Below, in pieces: positions 1-12,851 of a stretch of 64,000 nucleotides of DNA. Both the position numbers and the translations under genes were made by a program. The stretch is from Octopus vulgaris (lineage: Eukaryota). Numbering within the stretch: the stretch's first letter is position 1; the number at the start of each line of letters is the position of its first letter. The notes under the pieces were generated by a model. The model searched no databases. It saw only the letters and a list, made by a program, of their open reading frames with translations, and was not told where the DNA came from. Location: contig OX597835.1 of assembly GCA_951406725.2 (NCBI GenBank), forward strand, positions 38,998,001 to 39,062,000. The letters run 5' to 3'.

Positions 1-227
1 ATATATTGTCTCTGTTTCCATTCTTTGTTTTGTTTCCCTACATTATTAAAGATACGTACAAAGAGAGGAGTGGTGGGCATGCACACACACACACACATAC
101 TGACAAACACACACACATATGTACATATATTTACACACACTCATTCAAAAGCATATTTATACAGACACTTACACACATTTATATATGCATACTTACACAC
201 ACATATATATATATATATGTAATTATA

Positions 228-325
<98 letters not shown>

Positions 326-329
326 TATT

Positions 330-383
<54 letters not shown>

Positions 384-567
384 GTGTGTGTGTGTATATG
401 TACATCATTCATATTTGGGCGTGTGTGGAATATCAATATATGTATTTATGTATCTCATTCAGATAAATACACACACTTGACTGTGCTTAACCTATATGGA
501 TAAAGCCAGATGATTTATCGACGAGATGTATATATGGATGTAAGCATGAATATGTGAATGTATGTAC

Positions 568-604
<37 letters not shown>

Positions 605-776
605 TTTACACATGGATATATATATGTATATATATATATATATATATATGCATATATATATATACAAAGACATATATATACCTATATATATAGATAGATA
701 TTTATATATATACACACATATATATATATATATATGTATGCATATGCATATATATACATATATATATGCATATATA

Positions 777-810
<34 letters not shown>

Positions 811-1274
811 CATATATATGCATATATATATATATGCATGTATGTACATATATCCATATATGTACGTATATATAGATGTACATACATATATGTATGTATG
901 TATGTGTATGTTTGTATGCATTGTTATTTCCATATATAACACACATATTCACACGTATAAATGGACATTCTTCTGTGGGCATGTGCGTGTGTGGATGTGT
1001 ACATTTGCGTGTATGTGTATATGTGTGTCTGTATGCATGTGTGAATATATGTATGTGTATATGTGTGTGTGTGTGTGCGTGCGTGTGTTTGTGTGTTTCA
1101 GTGTGTGTATTCCCTCGTCGGTCTGATGATAGTCAACAGGATCGCTTTGACTGTACAAATCGGAGTTCTCTTATCTCCGAATGTATTTCCCATCTTTTTG
1201 AAATTTTCACAACATCACTACCATTATCACCAGCTCCAGGATCGATATCAAACTCCACAATCACTAAGATGCAG

Positions 1275-1455
1275 CACCATCATTATCACCGTTACCAATA
1301 CCATCATCATTATCATTATCATCACCACCACCACCACCATCGTCTTCGTCATCATCACAACTATTATCGTCGTCGTCGTCATCGTCATCATCACCATCAT
1401 CACCATCATCATCATCATCATCATCATCATCGCCGTCGTCGTCATCATCATCATC

Positions 1456-1534
<79 letters not shown>

Positions 1535-1674
1535 CCACCACCACCACAACCATCATCATCATCATCATCATTATTATCATCATCATCATCATCGTCATCA
1601 TCATCATCACCATCATCACCATCATCATCATCATCATCATCATCACCACCACCACCACCACAACCACCACCACC

Positions 1675-1706
<32 letters not shown>

Positions 1707-1740
1707 CATCGTCATCATCATCTTCATCTTCATCTTCACC
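1275..1740. repeat. (CAT/CAC/CGT)n trinucleotide microsatellite
   Basis: Seen directly. Confidence 0.95.
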
Positions 1741-2166
1741 AATCCCCCATCATCGACATCGATAATTCATCATAATACTTTGTCCATTAATATTAAGAAA
1801 CTGTGTCTGCGTACGGTGCGTGTGCGTGTGCGCGCCATGCGATTCTGTGCTTGTATGTGTGCAGTTGCGTATGTGTGCCTATGTGTATGTTAGTGTACGT
1901 GTGTTATAGTGTGCGTATGTGTGTATGTGTATGTGTGTCTGTATATGAGTGAATGAACAAAGGAAAACAGTAACACTCAACACATTAGGTTGGAGTTCCA
2001 ACTATTGAATAATAATAACAGTTTTGACTCAGCTTTCAGCTTCATTTAGCTTAGAAGATCCGTGGGCGGAGGACTGGCCCAGGGAACTTTCGAACGGTAC
2101 TGAGTCAGATATTGCTTTTGCACACATACAAAAACAACACAAGCGCTAATACGTACGTATATACAC

Positions 2167-2498
2167 TTTTACTCTTGTACTTGTTTCAGTCATTTGACTG
2201 CAGCCATGCTGGAGCACCGCCTTTAGTCGAGGAAATCGACCCCCAGGACTTATTCTTTGTAAGCCTAGTACTTATTCTATCGGGTTTCTTTTGCCGAACC
2301 GCTAAGTTACGGGGACGTAGACACACAAACGTGCTGGGGGAGGGGGACAAACACAGACACACAAACATATAAACACACATACATATAAATATATATATAT
2401 ATATACATATATACGACAGGCTTCTTTCCCGAACCGCTAAGTTACGGGGACGTAAATACACCAACATGCTGGGGGGGAACAAACACAGACACACAAAC

Positions 2499-2587
<89 letters not shown>

Positions 2588-2880
2588 TACGACAGGCTTC
2601 TTTCCTGAACCGCTAAGTTACGGGGACGTAAACACACCAGCATCGGTTGTTAAGCGATGATGGGGGGGGGGTACAAACACAGACACAGAAACATATACAC
2701 ACACATACAAATATATATATATATACATATATACGACAGGCTTCTTCCAATTTCCGTCTACCAAATCCACTCACAAGGCTTTGGTCGGCCCGATGCTATA
2801 GTAGGTGCCACGCAGGGGGACTGAACCCAGAACCATGCTTTTGGTGAGCAAGCTACTTACCACACAGCCACTCTTGCGCC
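2167..2880 (-). mobile_element. SINE family A (tRNA-like head, internal microsatellite, ggcggtgctccagcatggc tail) with internal triplication
   Basis: Head ggcgcaagagtggctgtgtggtaag...ggttcagtccc; homologous to more than 10 other copies in the window. Confidence 0.9.
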
Positions 2881-3095
2881 GTGTGCACATATATGAGTAT
2901 ATACAAGCATATATACATGTATATGTGTGTACAAGGGCGGTCTGAGATGTTCATAGACTGACAATGAACGAGGGATACTAGAGCTGAGCTATCTTGCTTG
3001 CGTTAATTTCAACTCATCTTAAGAATAATTTATCGTTTTCTTTCCAGGTAAACTGACCTCTGATTGTTCAAAGAATATCTTGTGTGTATACATAA

Positions 3096-3134
<39 letters not shown>

Positions 3135-3485
3135 TTTTATTCTTTTCCTTGTTTCAGTCATTTGACTGCGGCCATGCTGGAGCACCGTCTTTACTCGAAC
3201 AAATCGACCCCAGGACTTATTCTTTGTAAGAATATAGTGCATATCTCATCGAACGAAGATTTCCATATAAAGGTCAACCACGCCCTCTTCAGTGGGAAAG
3301 AATTAAGGAATAACTTTATTGAAAGATATTAATAGTTACCAGTTCCATTGACAGAGTGAGAGCCAGCTTGAGTACTTACTCTATTCTATCGGTAGCTTTA
3401 GCCGAAGCGCTAATTTACGAGAACGTAAACACACCAACGTCGGTTGTCCAGCAAAGCGATAGTGGAGGGACAAACACACACATAC
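3135..3485 (-). mobile_element. SINE A 3' half, split by a ~130 bp insert
   Basis: Tail at 3135-3229; homology resumes at ~3365-3485. Confidence 0.7.
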
Positions 3486-3503
3486 AAGTATATACATGCA
3501 TAC

Positions 3504-3534
<31 letters not shown>

Positions 3535-3548
3535 CATACATACATACA

Positions 3549-3584
<36 letters not shown>

Positions 3585-4062
3585 CATATATACATACATA
3601 TATATAGAAACAGGCACAGCAGTTGAAGCAAGGCGTCTATGGTTGATTAAGAAAACGCAATTGGTTAAAATTAGGTCAGTTCTCACTGTCCCGATCAAGT
3701 GGAGCGTATAGGCTAAGGGGAAAACGCTTGTGACCCTGTAGTAACTTGATGGCGATGCGGGTGTGTTTCCAGCGTTGCAATGGATTTAGAAAAACAAGCA
3801 AAAGTCCTGAGTAAGTCCTGCAGTTTCTACCTGGAGCAAAGTATTTCTGATGTTTATTTCACCTTCACCTCTGTGTACATATATTTTAGATAGAAATATT
3901 GACTGACAGATTGATTGACTGATATACAGAGAGAGAGGGGGAGAGAGGGAGAGAGAGGGAGAGACAAGCAGATAGATAGTCAAGACGTTCAAATTCTAAG
4001 TATGTACGAAGATATGTGTGTGTTCATGTATGTATATATATATATATATATGCGTATGCATG

Positions 4063-4110
<48 letters not shown>

Positions 4111-4113
<3 letters not shown>

Positions 4114-4308
4114 CACGGACTTTGTCAGTGAACAGGTCGCGGATTTTAGCGACGAAAATATTTTGACAAATTAAACTTAAATGTTGGAGTGAATCGAACG
4201 GCTTTTGTGTGTTTCTTAAATGGCTTATAAACACCTCCCACGCTGCAATTGTTTTCGTTTCAGCACACGATCTCAGATCAAATTACTTGCTATGCGAGTA
4301 CATCTCCG

Positions 4309-4310
<2 letters not shown>
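4111..4310 (+). mobile_element. Short hammerhead-bearing Penelope-type non-autonomous element inside a (TA)n tract
   Basis: Flanked on both sides by (TA)n. The 3' end gtacatctccgtaata and the internal catttaagaaacac recur in reverse orientation at 48030-48085. Confidence 0.55.
4121..4170 (+). ncRNA. Minimal type I hammerhead ribozyme motif, G3:C8 core variant
   Basis: Helix I tttgtca/tgacaaa (7 bp); core GTGAACA plus G; helix II gtcgc/gcgac; GAAA; palindromic helix III AATATT; cleavage triplet UUU. Confidence 0.65.
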
Positions 4311-4349
<39 letters not shown>

Positions 4350-4351
4350 TA

Positions 4352-4390
<39 letters not shown>

Positions 4391-5070
4391 GTATACTATA
4401 TAAACATATACATATATATACACATATATATATGCATATATATATATGTATATACATATTTGTAATCGCATACATACAAACACAGTCAGACACACACGTG
4501 TTTCCATATGTGTGTGCATATTTGTATGTGTGTGCGTATGTGTATATACACGTATGTGCGCGTTCATACACATACGCGTATGAACATAAACGATATCCCT
4601 CTGAAGATGGTCACACGTATGCTATAATTTGCTATAATTTAAATATAATTTTTTTCCTCTCTTGACTGAAGAAGTGCATTCTTACATTCCTTTCTCACAG
4701 AAAGTATGTGGTTTTAGAGCGAAAAATAACTGCCACACACACACATATATCAAGAGAGAGAGAGAGAGAGAGGAGGGAAAAGAGTATTGGTGTAACCATG
4801 GTGTTCTAGCGAGCTGAAGAGCAAGCCCTCTATATCTGCATTGATTTGTGATTGTACAATTGTACTGCGCAATGTATAGCGTCCAGACATGCAAATTAAT
4901 TCAGTTTACACTGAAAATATTATTACATGACGAAGGATGCGAAACCTCCGTAATTCTACGGATATCACGTGGTTAGATAAATATATCCACCTCTCATACC
5001 GCCTGACTTTTTATACTCTCTATCTATCAATCTATCTTTCTCTCTCTTCCTCTTTCTCTCTCTTCCTCTT

Positions 5071-5122
<52 letters not shown>

Positions 5123-5133
5123 TACATACATAC

Positions 5134-5184
<51 letters not shown>

Positions 5185-5448
5185 AGAATGGCGTTTAATG
5201 TATTAGATCCAGTTCTCTGAAATTACTTATAAACAGAAAAGCACCTTGAATCCATTACTGATGAGACCCCAATAAGAATTGAAAATCGATTACTGCTGTT
5301 CCTCATATTTTCAATCGAAAGAGAATGGTAAATTAGTCATGTTTGCATGTTTAGTATGTTGCTTTACACACACACAGACACACACATACACATACGCATA
5401 CATATAATTTATAATCACATATATATATAATGTATATATACATGTATA

Positions 5449-5455
<7 letters not shown>

Positions 5456-5484
<29 letters not shown>

Positions 5485-6962
5485 TGTGTGTATGTATGTA
5501 TGTATGTATGTATGTATGTATGTATGTATGTGTGTATGTATGTATGTATGTATGTATGTATGTATGTATGTATGTGTGTATGTATGTGTGTATGTATGTA
5601 TGTATGTATGTATGCACGCATGTATGTATGTATGTATGTATGTATGTATGTATGTATGTATGTATGTATGTATGTATGTATGTATGTATGTATGTATGTA
5701 TGTATGTATGTATGTATGTATGTATGTATGTATGTATGTATGTATGTATGTATGTATGTATGTATGTATGTATGTATGTATGTGTGTATGTATGTGTGTA
5801 TGTATGTATGTGTGTATGTATGTATGTATGTATGTATGTATGTGTGTATGTGTGTATGTATGTATGTATGTATGTATGTATGTATGTATGTATGTGTATG
5901 TATGTATGTGTGTATGTATGTGTGTATGTATGTATGTATGTATGTATGTATGTATGTATGTATGTGTGTATGTATGTGTGTATGTATGTATGTATGTATG
6001 TATGTATGTATGTATGTATGTATGTATGTATGCACGCATGTATGTATGTATGTATGTATGTATGTGTGTATGTATGTATGTATGTATGTATGTATGTGTG
6101 TATGTATGTGTGTATGTATGTATGTGTGTATGTATGTATGTATGTATGTATGTATGTATGTATGTATGTATGTATGTATGTATGTATGTATGTGTGTGTG
6201 TATGTATGTATGTATGTATGTATGTATGTATGTATGTATGTATGTATGTATGTATGTATGTGTGTATGTATGTGTGTATGTATGTATGTATGTATGTATG
6301 TATGTATGTATGTATGTATGTATGTATGTATGTATGTATGTATGTGTGTATGTATGTGTGTATGTATGTATGTATGTATGTATGTGTGTATGTATGTATG
6401 TATGTATGTATGTATGTATGTATGTATGTATGTATGTATGTATGTATGTATGTATGTATGTATGTATGTATGTATGTATGTATGTATGTATGTATGTATG
6501 TATGTATGTATGTATGTATGTATGTATGTGTGTATGTATGTATGTATGTATGTATGTATGTATGTATGTATGTATGTATGTGTGTATGTATGTATGTATG
6601 TATGTATGTATGTATGTATGTATGTATGTATGTATGTATGTATGTATGTATGTGTGTATGTATGTGTGTATGTATGTATGTATGTATGTATGTATGTATG
6701 TGTGTATGTATGTATGTATGTATGTATGTATGTATGTATGTATGTGTGTATGTATGTATGTATGTATGTGTGTATGTATGTATGTATGTATGTGTGTATG
6801 TATGTATGTATGTATGTGTATGTATGTATGTATGTATGTATGTATGTATGTATGTATGCACGCATGTATGTATGTATGTATGTATGTATGTATGTATGTA
6901 TGTATGTATGTATGTATGTATGTATGTATGTATGTATGTATGTATGTATGTATGTATGTATG

Positions 6963-6991
<29 letters not shown>
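5456..6991. repeat. ~1.5 kb (TATG)n array
   Basis: Seen directly, with TGTG and TGCACGCA variant units. Confidence 0.97.
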
Positions 6992-6994
<3 letters not shown>

Positions 6995-7093
6995 CATTAT
7001 CATTGGTCTTTTTCCTTTTTAATTCAATTTTTCCTCTAAACAAGGATCTGGTTTCCAACAAAGATACAAAGCTCTATCATTGGACTGTATGTA

Positions 7094-7178
<85 letters not shown>

Positions 7179-8357
7179 GTATGTATGTATGTATCTATGT
7201 ATGTATGTATTAACGTTTGTATTGATATATCTAATACAAAAAACGAATATATATATATATATATATATTTCTATAGTTGCATGTGTGTATATATGTACAT
7301 ATAATAATATATTATATATGTTCGTATGTGTGTATGTGAGTGCGAAAGTACGTGCACATTGGGAGAAAGAGTGAGAAAGACAGACGGACAGAATGCGAAA
7401 GAGTGAGGGAAATAGTAAGAGGGAGAGAGATGGAAGAGTGTGTGAAACAGCATTTTCCGAAATAGAGTACTTTAGACTTTTTGGGACACGAGAGAGCAGC
7501 GAAGATCGATTATTGATGAAGACAAATATACGAAATAGAGCAACGCTGTCACTCACTCACCCAGACATTCACTCACTCTCTCACTTTCTTGCCCGCTCGC
7601 CCTCTCACTCTCTCGCTCTCTCATTCTCTCACTCTCGGTCACTCTCTCAAGTGGCCAAACATTCACTCACTCGTGGAATTGGAAAAATCGCTAGAGCGTC
7701 ATGTGTGATGTTTGGCGCTAGTTGTTCGGTTCTTTACGCTCAGAGTTCAAATGAATGCCTGCTCGGCTTTGGCCTAGGGGGAATTACAACCGTGTTTCGT
7801 GGTCTGCTACCAGAACAGCTCCTTTATAGGATCCAGTTTAGCTCAAGACATCATCAGGAGGAACCACGTCCGGTTTCGGCCCCTACTCCTCTACCGTTTT
7901 GACGTGAAGCCCCCCCCCCCCTTTCGGAGGTGTCTTCAGCTCTGGTGTTGGGTGCATGTCTTCTTTCTTCTTCTTTCTTGTGTTCCCTAGCCTCTTCGAT
8001 GTATCGTCAGCGAGTGTCACTCAATCAGCGATTCACTCATTACTTTTCACTCAATAACTTTTCACTCCTTCCTTCACTCTAAAGCTCATACTCCTGTCAT
8101 ACACAGAATTGAGTATTTGAGTATTAAGGATTGATTAATACGTCTATGAGGTATCCGACATGGGAATCGAACTATAACAAAATATTAAGACTCGCTTACA
8201 TACTCAATCACTCGCTCAACAAAGCGCTCACAGCACTTTCTTAATCGCTGTCCCTCACACATAAAGAAAGACATGTATCATGTAATACACCCTTTAAAAC
8301 ACGAAGATAGCCACAGATTAAATGTTGTATAATAAAATGACCCCTCAGATTCTACAA

Positions 8358-8495
8358 GCGCGGGCGTAGCTAGCCACATGCTTCCGGATTCAGTCCCATT
8401 GCGTGGCACCTTCCGCAGAGTGTCTTCTACTATAGCCTCAGGCCGACCAAAGCCTTATGAGTGGATTTGGTAGACAGAACCGAAAGAGGCCCGTC

Positions 8496-8594
<99 letters not shown>

Positions 8595-8790
8595 TGTGTG
8601 CCTGTGTTTGTCACCCACCATCGTTTGACAACCGGTTGTGGTATGTTAAGTTCCGTAAATTAGCGATTCAGCAGAAGAAACTGATGGAATAAGTCCTTAG
8701 GTCGATTTCTTCGACTAAAACCCTTTAAGGCGGTGCTCCAGGATGACCACCGTCAAATGAGTGAAACAAGTGAAAGAATAAAAGAAAAAA
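8358..8790 (+). mobile_element. SINE family A
   Basis: ttcagtcccattgcgtggcacctt...ggcggtgctccagg...gaaacaag with a (TA)(TG) core. Confidence 0.85.
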
Positions 8791-9047
8791 CCTCAAACAG
8801 TTGCTTTCGACGGTGAGCAATTACAGTTATTCCACCAGTTAAACTACTTTTTCAGTGTATTAGCATATAAGTGAATGAGGATTTCAGAAACACGTGTATC
8901 CTCAACGTTATACTCGAGTAAAAATTGGAACAATACGATGTATGGCAAAACTTTGAAGTACAGTCCTCTTGGTGTACGACTGGTACTGGTTAAGTAATCC
9001 AGAGACTTCTGTGACTTGAAAGCAACAACAACAACAATAACAACAAC

Positions 9048-9117
<70 letters not shown>

Positions 9118-9132
9118 GTAGTAGTAGTAGTA

Positions 9133-9189
<57 letters not shown>

Positions 9190-9192
<3 letters not shown>

Positions 9193-9864
9193 TGCCCTGA
9201 TGCAGTACCAGGCAGTGGCTCTCATGGCTTCTGATCTTAACTGATTGGAAGTGTTATCATGTACATTGTTTTGTCTTGGTATAAAAGATGGGCTACAGCA
9301 AATATTCTGCTCAATACCACAGATTTGCTTGTCAGTTGTTTGACCTTAACCAGTTGAGCATGTCCCTTAGTGGCTGACGATATGTGCATCTCTGATCACG
9401 AGCAGAAGTAGTGGGGGAGCATCATAGCCATGTGTTGAGAGGGATTCTTTGGGGTTTGAATAGTTCACCTCTGGAAACATGGGTGGTTCTTTCAATATCC
9501 TTAAACAACCCTTATTCAGGGACCGTTTGAGCGGGATGGGCTACTCAACCTGAAGAAAATTCTAACTGGGCCCCACCTGCAAGGTCATGTGCTGTTTATC
9601 TTGATATGAGATCACCATGTCGCGCACATATGGTTGTGATGCATGTGCCTGGTGTACCTTTATCAGACGGGTAGTCATGATGGGTATATTGGGCTTCGTA
9701 TATTTTACCCCAGTGTCACTTTGATGGCATGCACTGCTTTCTCACTCAATAATAATAATAGTTCCTAGTGTACCCTTATCAGACGGGTAGTCATGATGGG
9801 TATACTGGGCTTCGTATATTTTATCCCAGTGTCACTTTGATGGCATGCACTTGCTCTCTCAGTC
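9190..9864 (+). mobile_element. Retroposon 3' fragment with (AAT)n tail; last ~100 bp duplicated
   Basis: 9648-9748 is repeated at 9764-9864, and each copy is followed by (AAT)n. The element sits inside an (AAT)n tract. Confidence 0.55.
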
Positions 9865-9913
<49 letters not shown>

Positions 9914-9960
9914 TCGAAAAATACCTTAGGAATGAGAACCCAGGTTCGAAATTTCCCCAA

Positions 9961-10006
9961 GACACCCGAAGAAGGCTGAAGAGTATATAAGCCGAAACGT
10001 TGTGTT
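9961..10006 (+). ncRNA. Minimal hammerhead motif (U4C core variant)
   Basis: gacac-CCGAAGA-A-ggct...agcc-GAAAC-GTT-gtgtt: helix I gacac/gtgtt, palindromic helix III AACGTT. Confidence 0.55.
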
Positions 10007-10358
10007 AAAGGTACACGTGTCTGCGGAGTGCTCAGCCACTTGCATATTAATTACACAAGCGGGCTGTTCCATTGATCGGATCAGCCGGAACATCTGCCGT
10101 CGTAACCGATGGGGTTCCAATTTAGAGAGCATTACTCACTCATATTATGAAGGAATGCTGATGCAATGGACAGGTGAAGAATTGATAGAATGGAGGCATA
10201 GAAGTTCCAGCTTTATGAAGAATAATAATAAAAGTGCGCATTATCGTAAAATTCAACTCCTTGGTAAAGGCTAATACATTGTATATGTAGCAGAGAAAAC
10301 AACTTGTTTCATGCTGGGGCACCGCCTTGAAGGATTTTCGTCGAGAAAATCTACCCTA

Positions 10359-10639
10359 CATTATTTACATTCGACGGATATACCCTCCAGCCTTCTTCAT
10401 GTGTCTTGGGGAAATTTCGAACCTGGGTTCTCATCATTATTATTATTATTATTATTATTGTTGTTGTTATTGTTCAGGACACTGCTTGGAATCGAACTCG
10501 GAATCTTGAGGTTAGTAGCCCACGATCTTAACCACTACGCCATATGCCCGTGGGCTATCCGTCGAATGGAGATAATGTAAATATCTGTCAAATGTAAATA
10601 TTGTATTTAATTCCTCATGTCTTAAATATAGAATTGTAC
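10359..10639 (-). mobile_element. tRNA-headed SINE-like element with (AAT/AAC)n linker and hammerhead/Penelope-type tail, inserted into an older SINE
   Basis: tRNA-like head 10472-10549 (A box tggcgtagtgg, B box gttcgattcc), then (AAT)n, then a segment homologous to 9932-9988. The 3' segment recurs inverted at 10556-10636. TSD aaatctacccta (10347-10358) / aaatctacacta (10640-10651). Confidence 0.7.
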
Positions 10640-10763
10640 AAATCTACACTAGTACTCGATTTTTAAGTATGGTACTTATTTTATCGGTGTCATTTGACGA
10701 TCCGCTAGATTTTTTAAGGACGTAAGCAAACCAGCACTGGCTGACAAGTAGTGTAAGGGTGAA

Positions 10764-10794
<31 letters not shown>

Positions 10795-11085
10795 TAATAC
10801 ATATACGCTTACTACACATAAACATACACACATACAGACACATACATAGATGACTGCAAGCATGTAAGATTTATGTGCATACGAACGTATATATATATAT
10901 ATATATATATATATTTCGATGTGTGAATGAATTATCCTATGTTTACTGTCAACATGGAAAATTCGATGAACCGATACCAGGGTAGCAAATTCACGTCAGA
11001 AACACGGTTGAAGCGACCTATCCAAAGATAGAAACTCCGGGTTCATGTGCAGAAATTTGCGTGTTATTTATGAATAAATAAATAT

Positions 11086-11279
11086 ATGGAGTTGAACGAA
11101 GATGTTAATAAAATTCCTTTACTTTCGACATATGTTTCGAAGACAACATGGTTTTATTCCAAAGGAGTAAACGGTGTATTGCATCTTACACCGTTGATTC
11201 CTTTGGAATAAAACCATGTTGTCTTCGAAGCATATGTCGAAAGTAAAGGAATTTTATTAACATCTTCGTTCAACTCCAT
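11086..11279. repeat. Near-perfect 194 bp palindrome (fold-back)
   Basis: Arms of ~93 bp with a few mismatches around an 8-nt loop at 11179-11186. Confidence 0.95.
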
Positions 11280-12317
11280 TTATATATATATATATATGCA
11301 TGGATACACACGTACAGGACAGACAGACAGTCATAACGTAAGTTTTCCCCTGAGTATCTTCTACACACTGGACAGAAAACTATATCAGCTGACATTAAGA
11401 TTGTTGGCTAAACCAAATACATTAACTACAGCATTGCCAGCTGTAAGGAAATTTCCTCTAGATGAATAACCCCACCACTCCCAATAAATCATGAAGTCCC
11501 CAGTACAATCTGGGTTACACTGAGAAATACGAACAAGATCTGCTCTGGAGGTGAATGTACCCTGATGACAGAATCAAACGAACCTTGATAAAATCTTAGA
11601 ATAAAAACAACAACCAAATAAAAGCTTAACTGATCTGATAGTCGGGTTTGGGGCCATAAAATGCAAACGTGTTCAGATGTAGATCTCAGCCTATAACCTT
11701 GATAACAAGGAGAGAAAATACTTATAGATATTTTTGGCAATTCTCTGCCCAAATTATGCTTTCCGTTTTGTTACCACCATTGCTGGAGCGATGGAATTGG
11801 TACATTATCAATCTGTTTGGAACAACAAATGGCTGAGCTAGGATTTTTGGAGAAGGAAAGGCTGCTTCGTAATTTATTCCGTATCAACGATAACGACATT
11901 GCAAGCATTAATAGTAAAATGTACCAGAACTTCTTAGAATTTAAAGACGAAATTATTGCCCAAAGGACGACTAACAGAAGATTCTTTTCGTTCTAGCTTA
12001 ACACATGAAGAAATGGGCGGCCAAAATAGAACATTAATATTCAGATTAAGAGAACAGAAGTATGTACAGAATATGAAATTCCAATTCCAGCGAAAAGATT
12101 GGGTTAGAAACCAACACTTTCGGTAATGGTGTGAAGCTTTGGTAGCAAAGCTGTAGGTACATTCGTATACATACATACATACATAAGCATGTGCATACAT
12201 TCACACACACATATTCATATTTAGACACACACACACACACCAAGATACACACACGCACACACTCATGTACATTACATATATATATATATATATATGTGTG
12301 TGTGTATATGATATATC

Positions 12318-12477
12318 GTTAGCCACTACACAAATTTTTTCTCTCCTTGTTTTTTCTGTGTCCCTTTCTGTAGAAGAGCGTAGGCTCGAAACGTAAAAGA
12401 CTTTTTCTACTAATACATCTGTTTGTTTTGTACACCACCTGTCTTCGTCTTTTGTTTTTTTTTTCGTAAACTCTCCC

Positions 12478-12480
<3 letters not shown>
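12318..12480 (+). mobile_element. Short hammerhead-bearing repeat (second copy at 19676-19850, minus strand)
   Basis: cttt-CTGTAGA-A-gagc-gtag-gctc-GAAAC-GTA-aaag at 12364-12399; ends in (TA)n. Confidence 0.65.
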
Positions 12481-12551
<71 letters not shown>

Positions 12552-12851
12552 CACATAGAGTAATGAGCAAAAAAGAGAACGATTAATATTTTTTTAAATG
12601 TCGAAAATGCTAGTGAACATACAAATTTGTAATTGGTTTCGTATACATGGTTAGCCATTAGATAAATTCTCTGAAAAGTCTAACTTTGTAGAATGGTCTT
12701 AATAAAAGTTGATATCAGTTTCGTCCAAATGTCTCATGTGCAAAATAAGAAAACGATTAGTTTCCTTTAGAAATTTCTGGAAATTTCAAATATTGTTTAC
12801 ATTTGCAGGCTCAACGTTATTACCGTCTCAGTATTGTCCTAGAGTCCGAAC

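Noticed and set aside
876-1775. 299 aa poly-His ORF
   Set aside because: Translation of a (CAT)n microsatellite; open in several frames and on both strands, with no domain.
5311-7061. Six ORFs of more than 500 aa
   Set aside because: (TATG)n contains no stop codon in any frame; an artefact.
7675-7945. GC-rich island with CTGAAGA/CTGATGA and GAAAC on the minus strand, plus a 169 aa ORF
   Set aside because: Begins as a diverged SINE C head; no consistent hammerhead fold could be built and the ORF has no domain.
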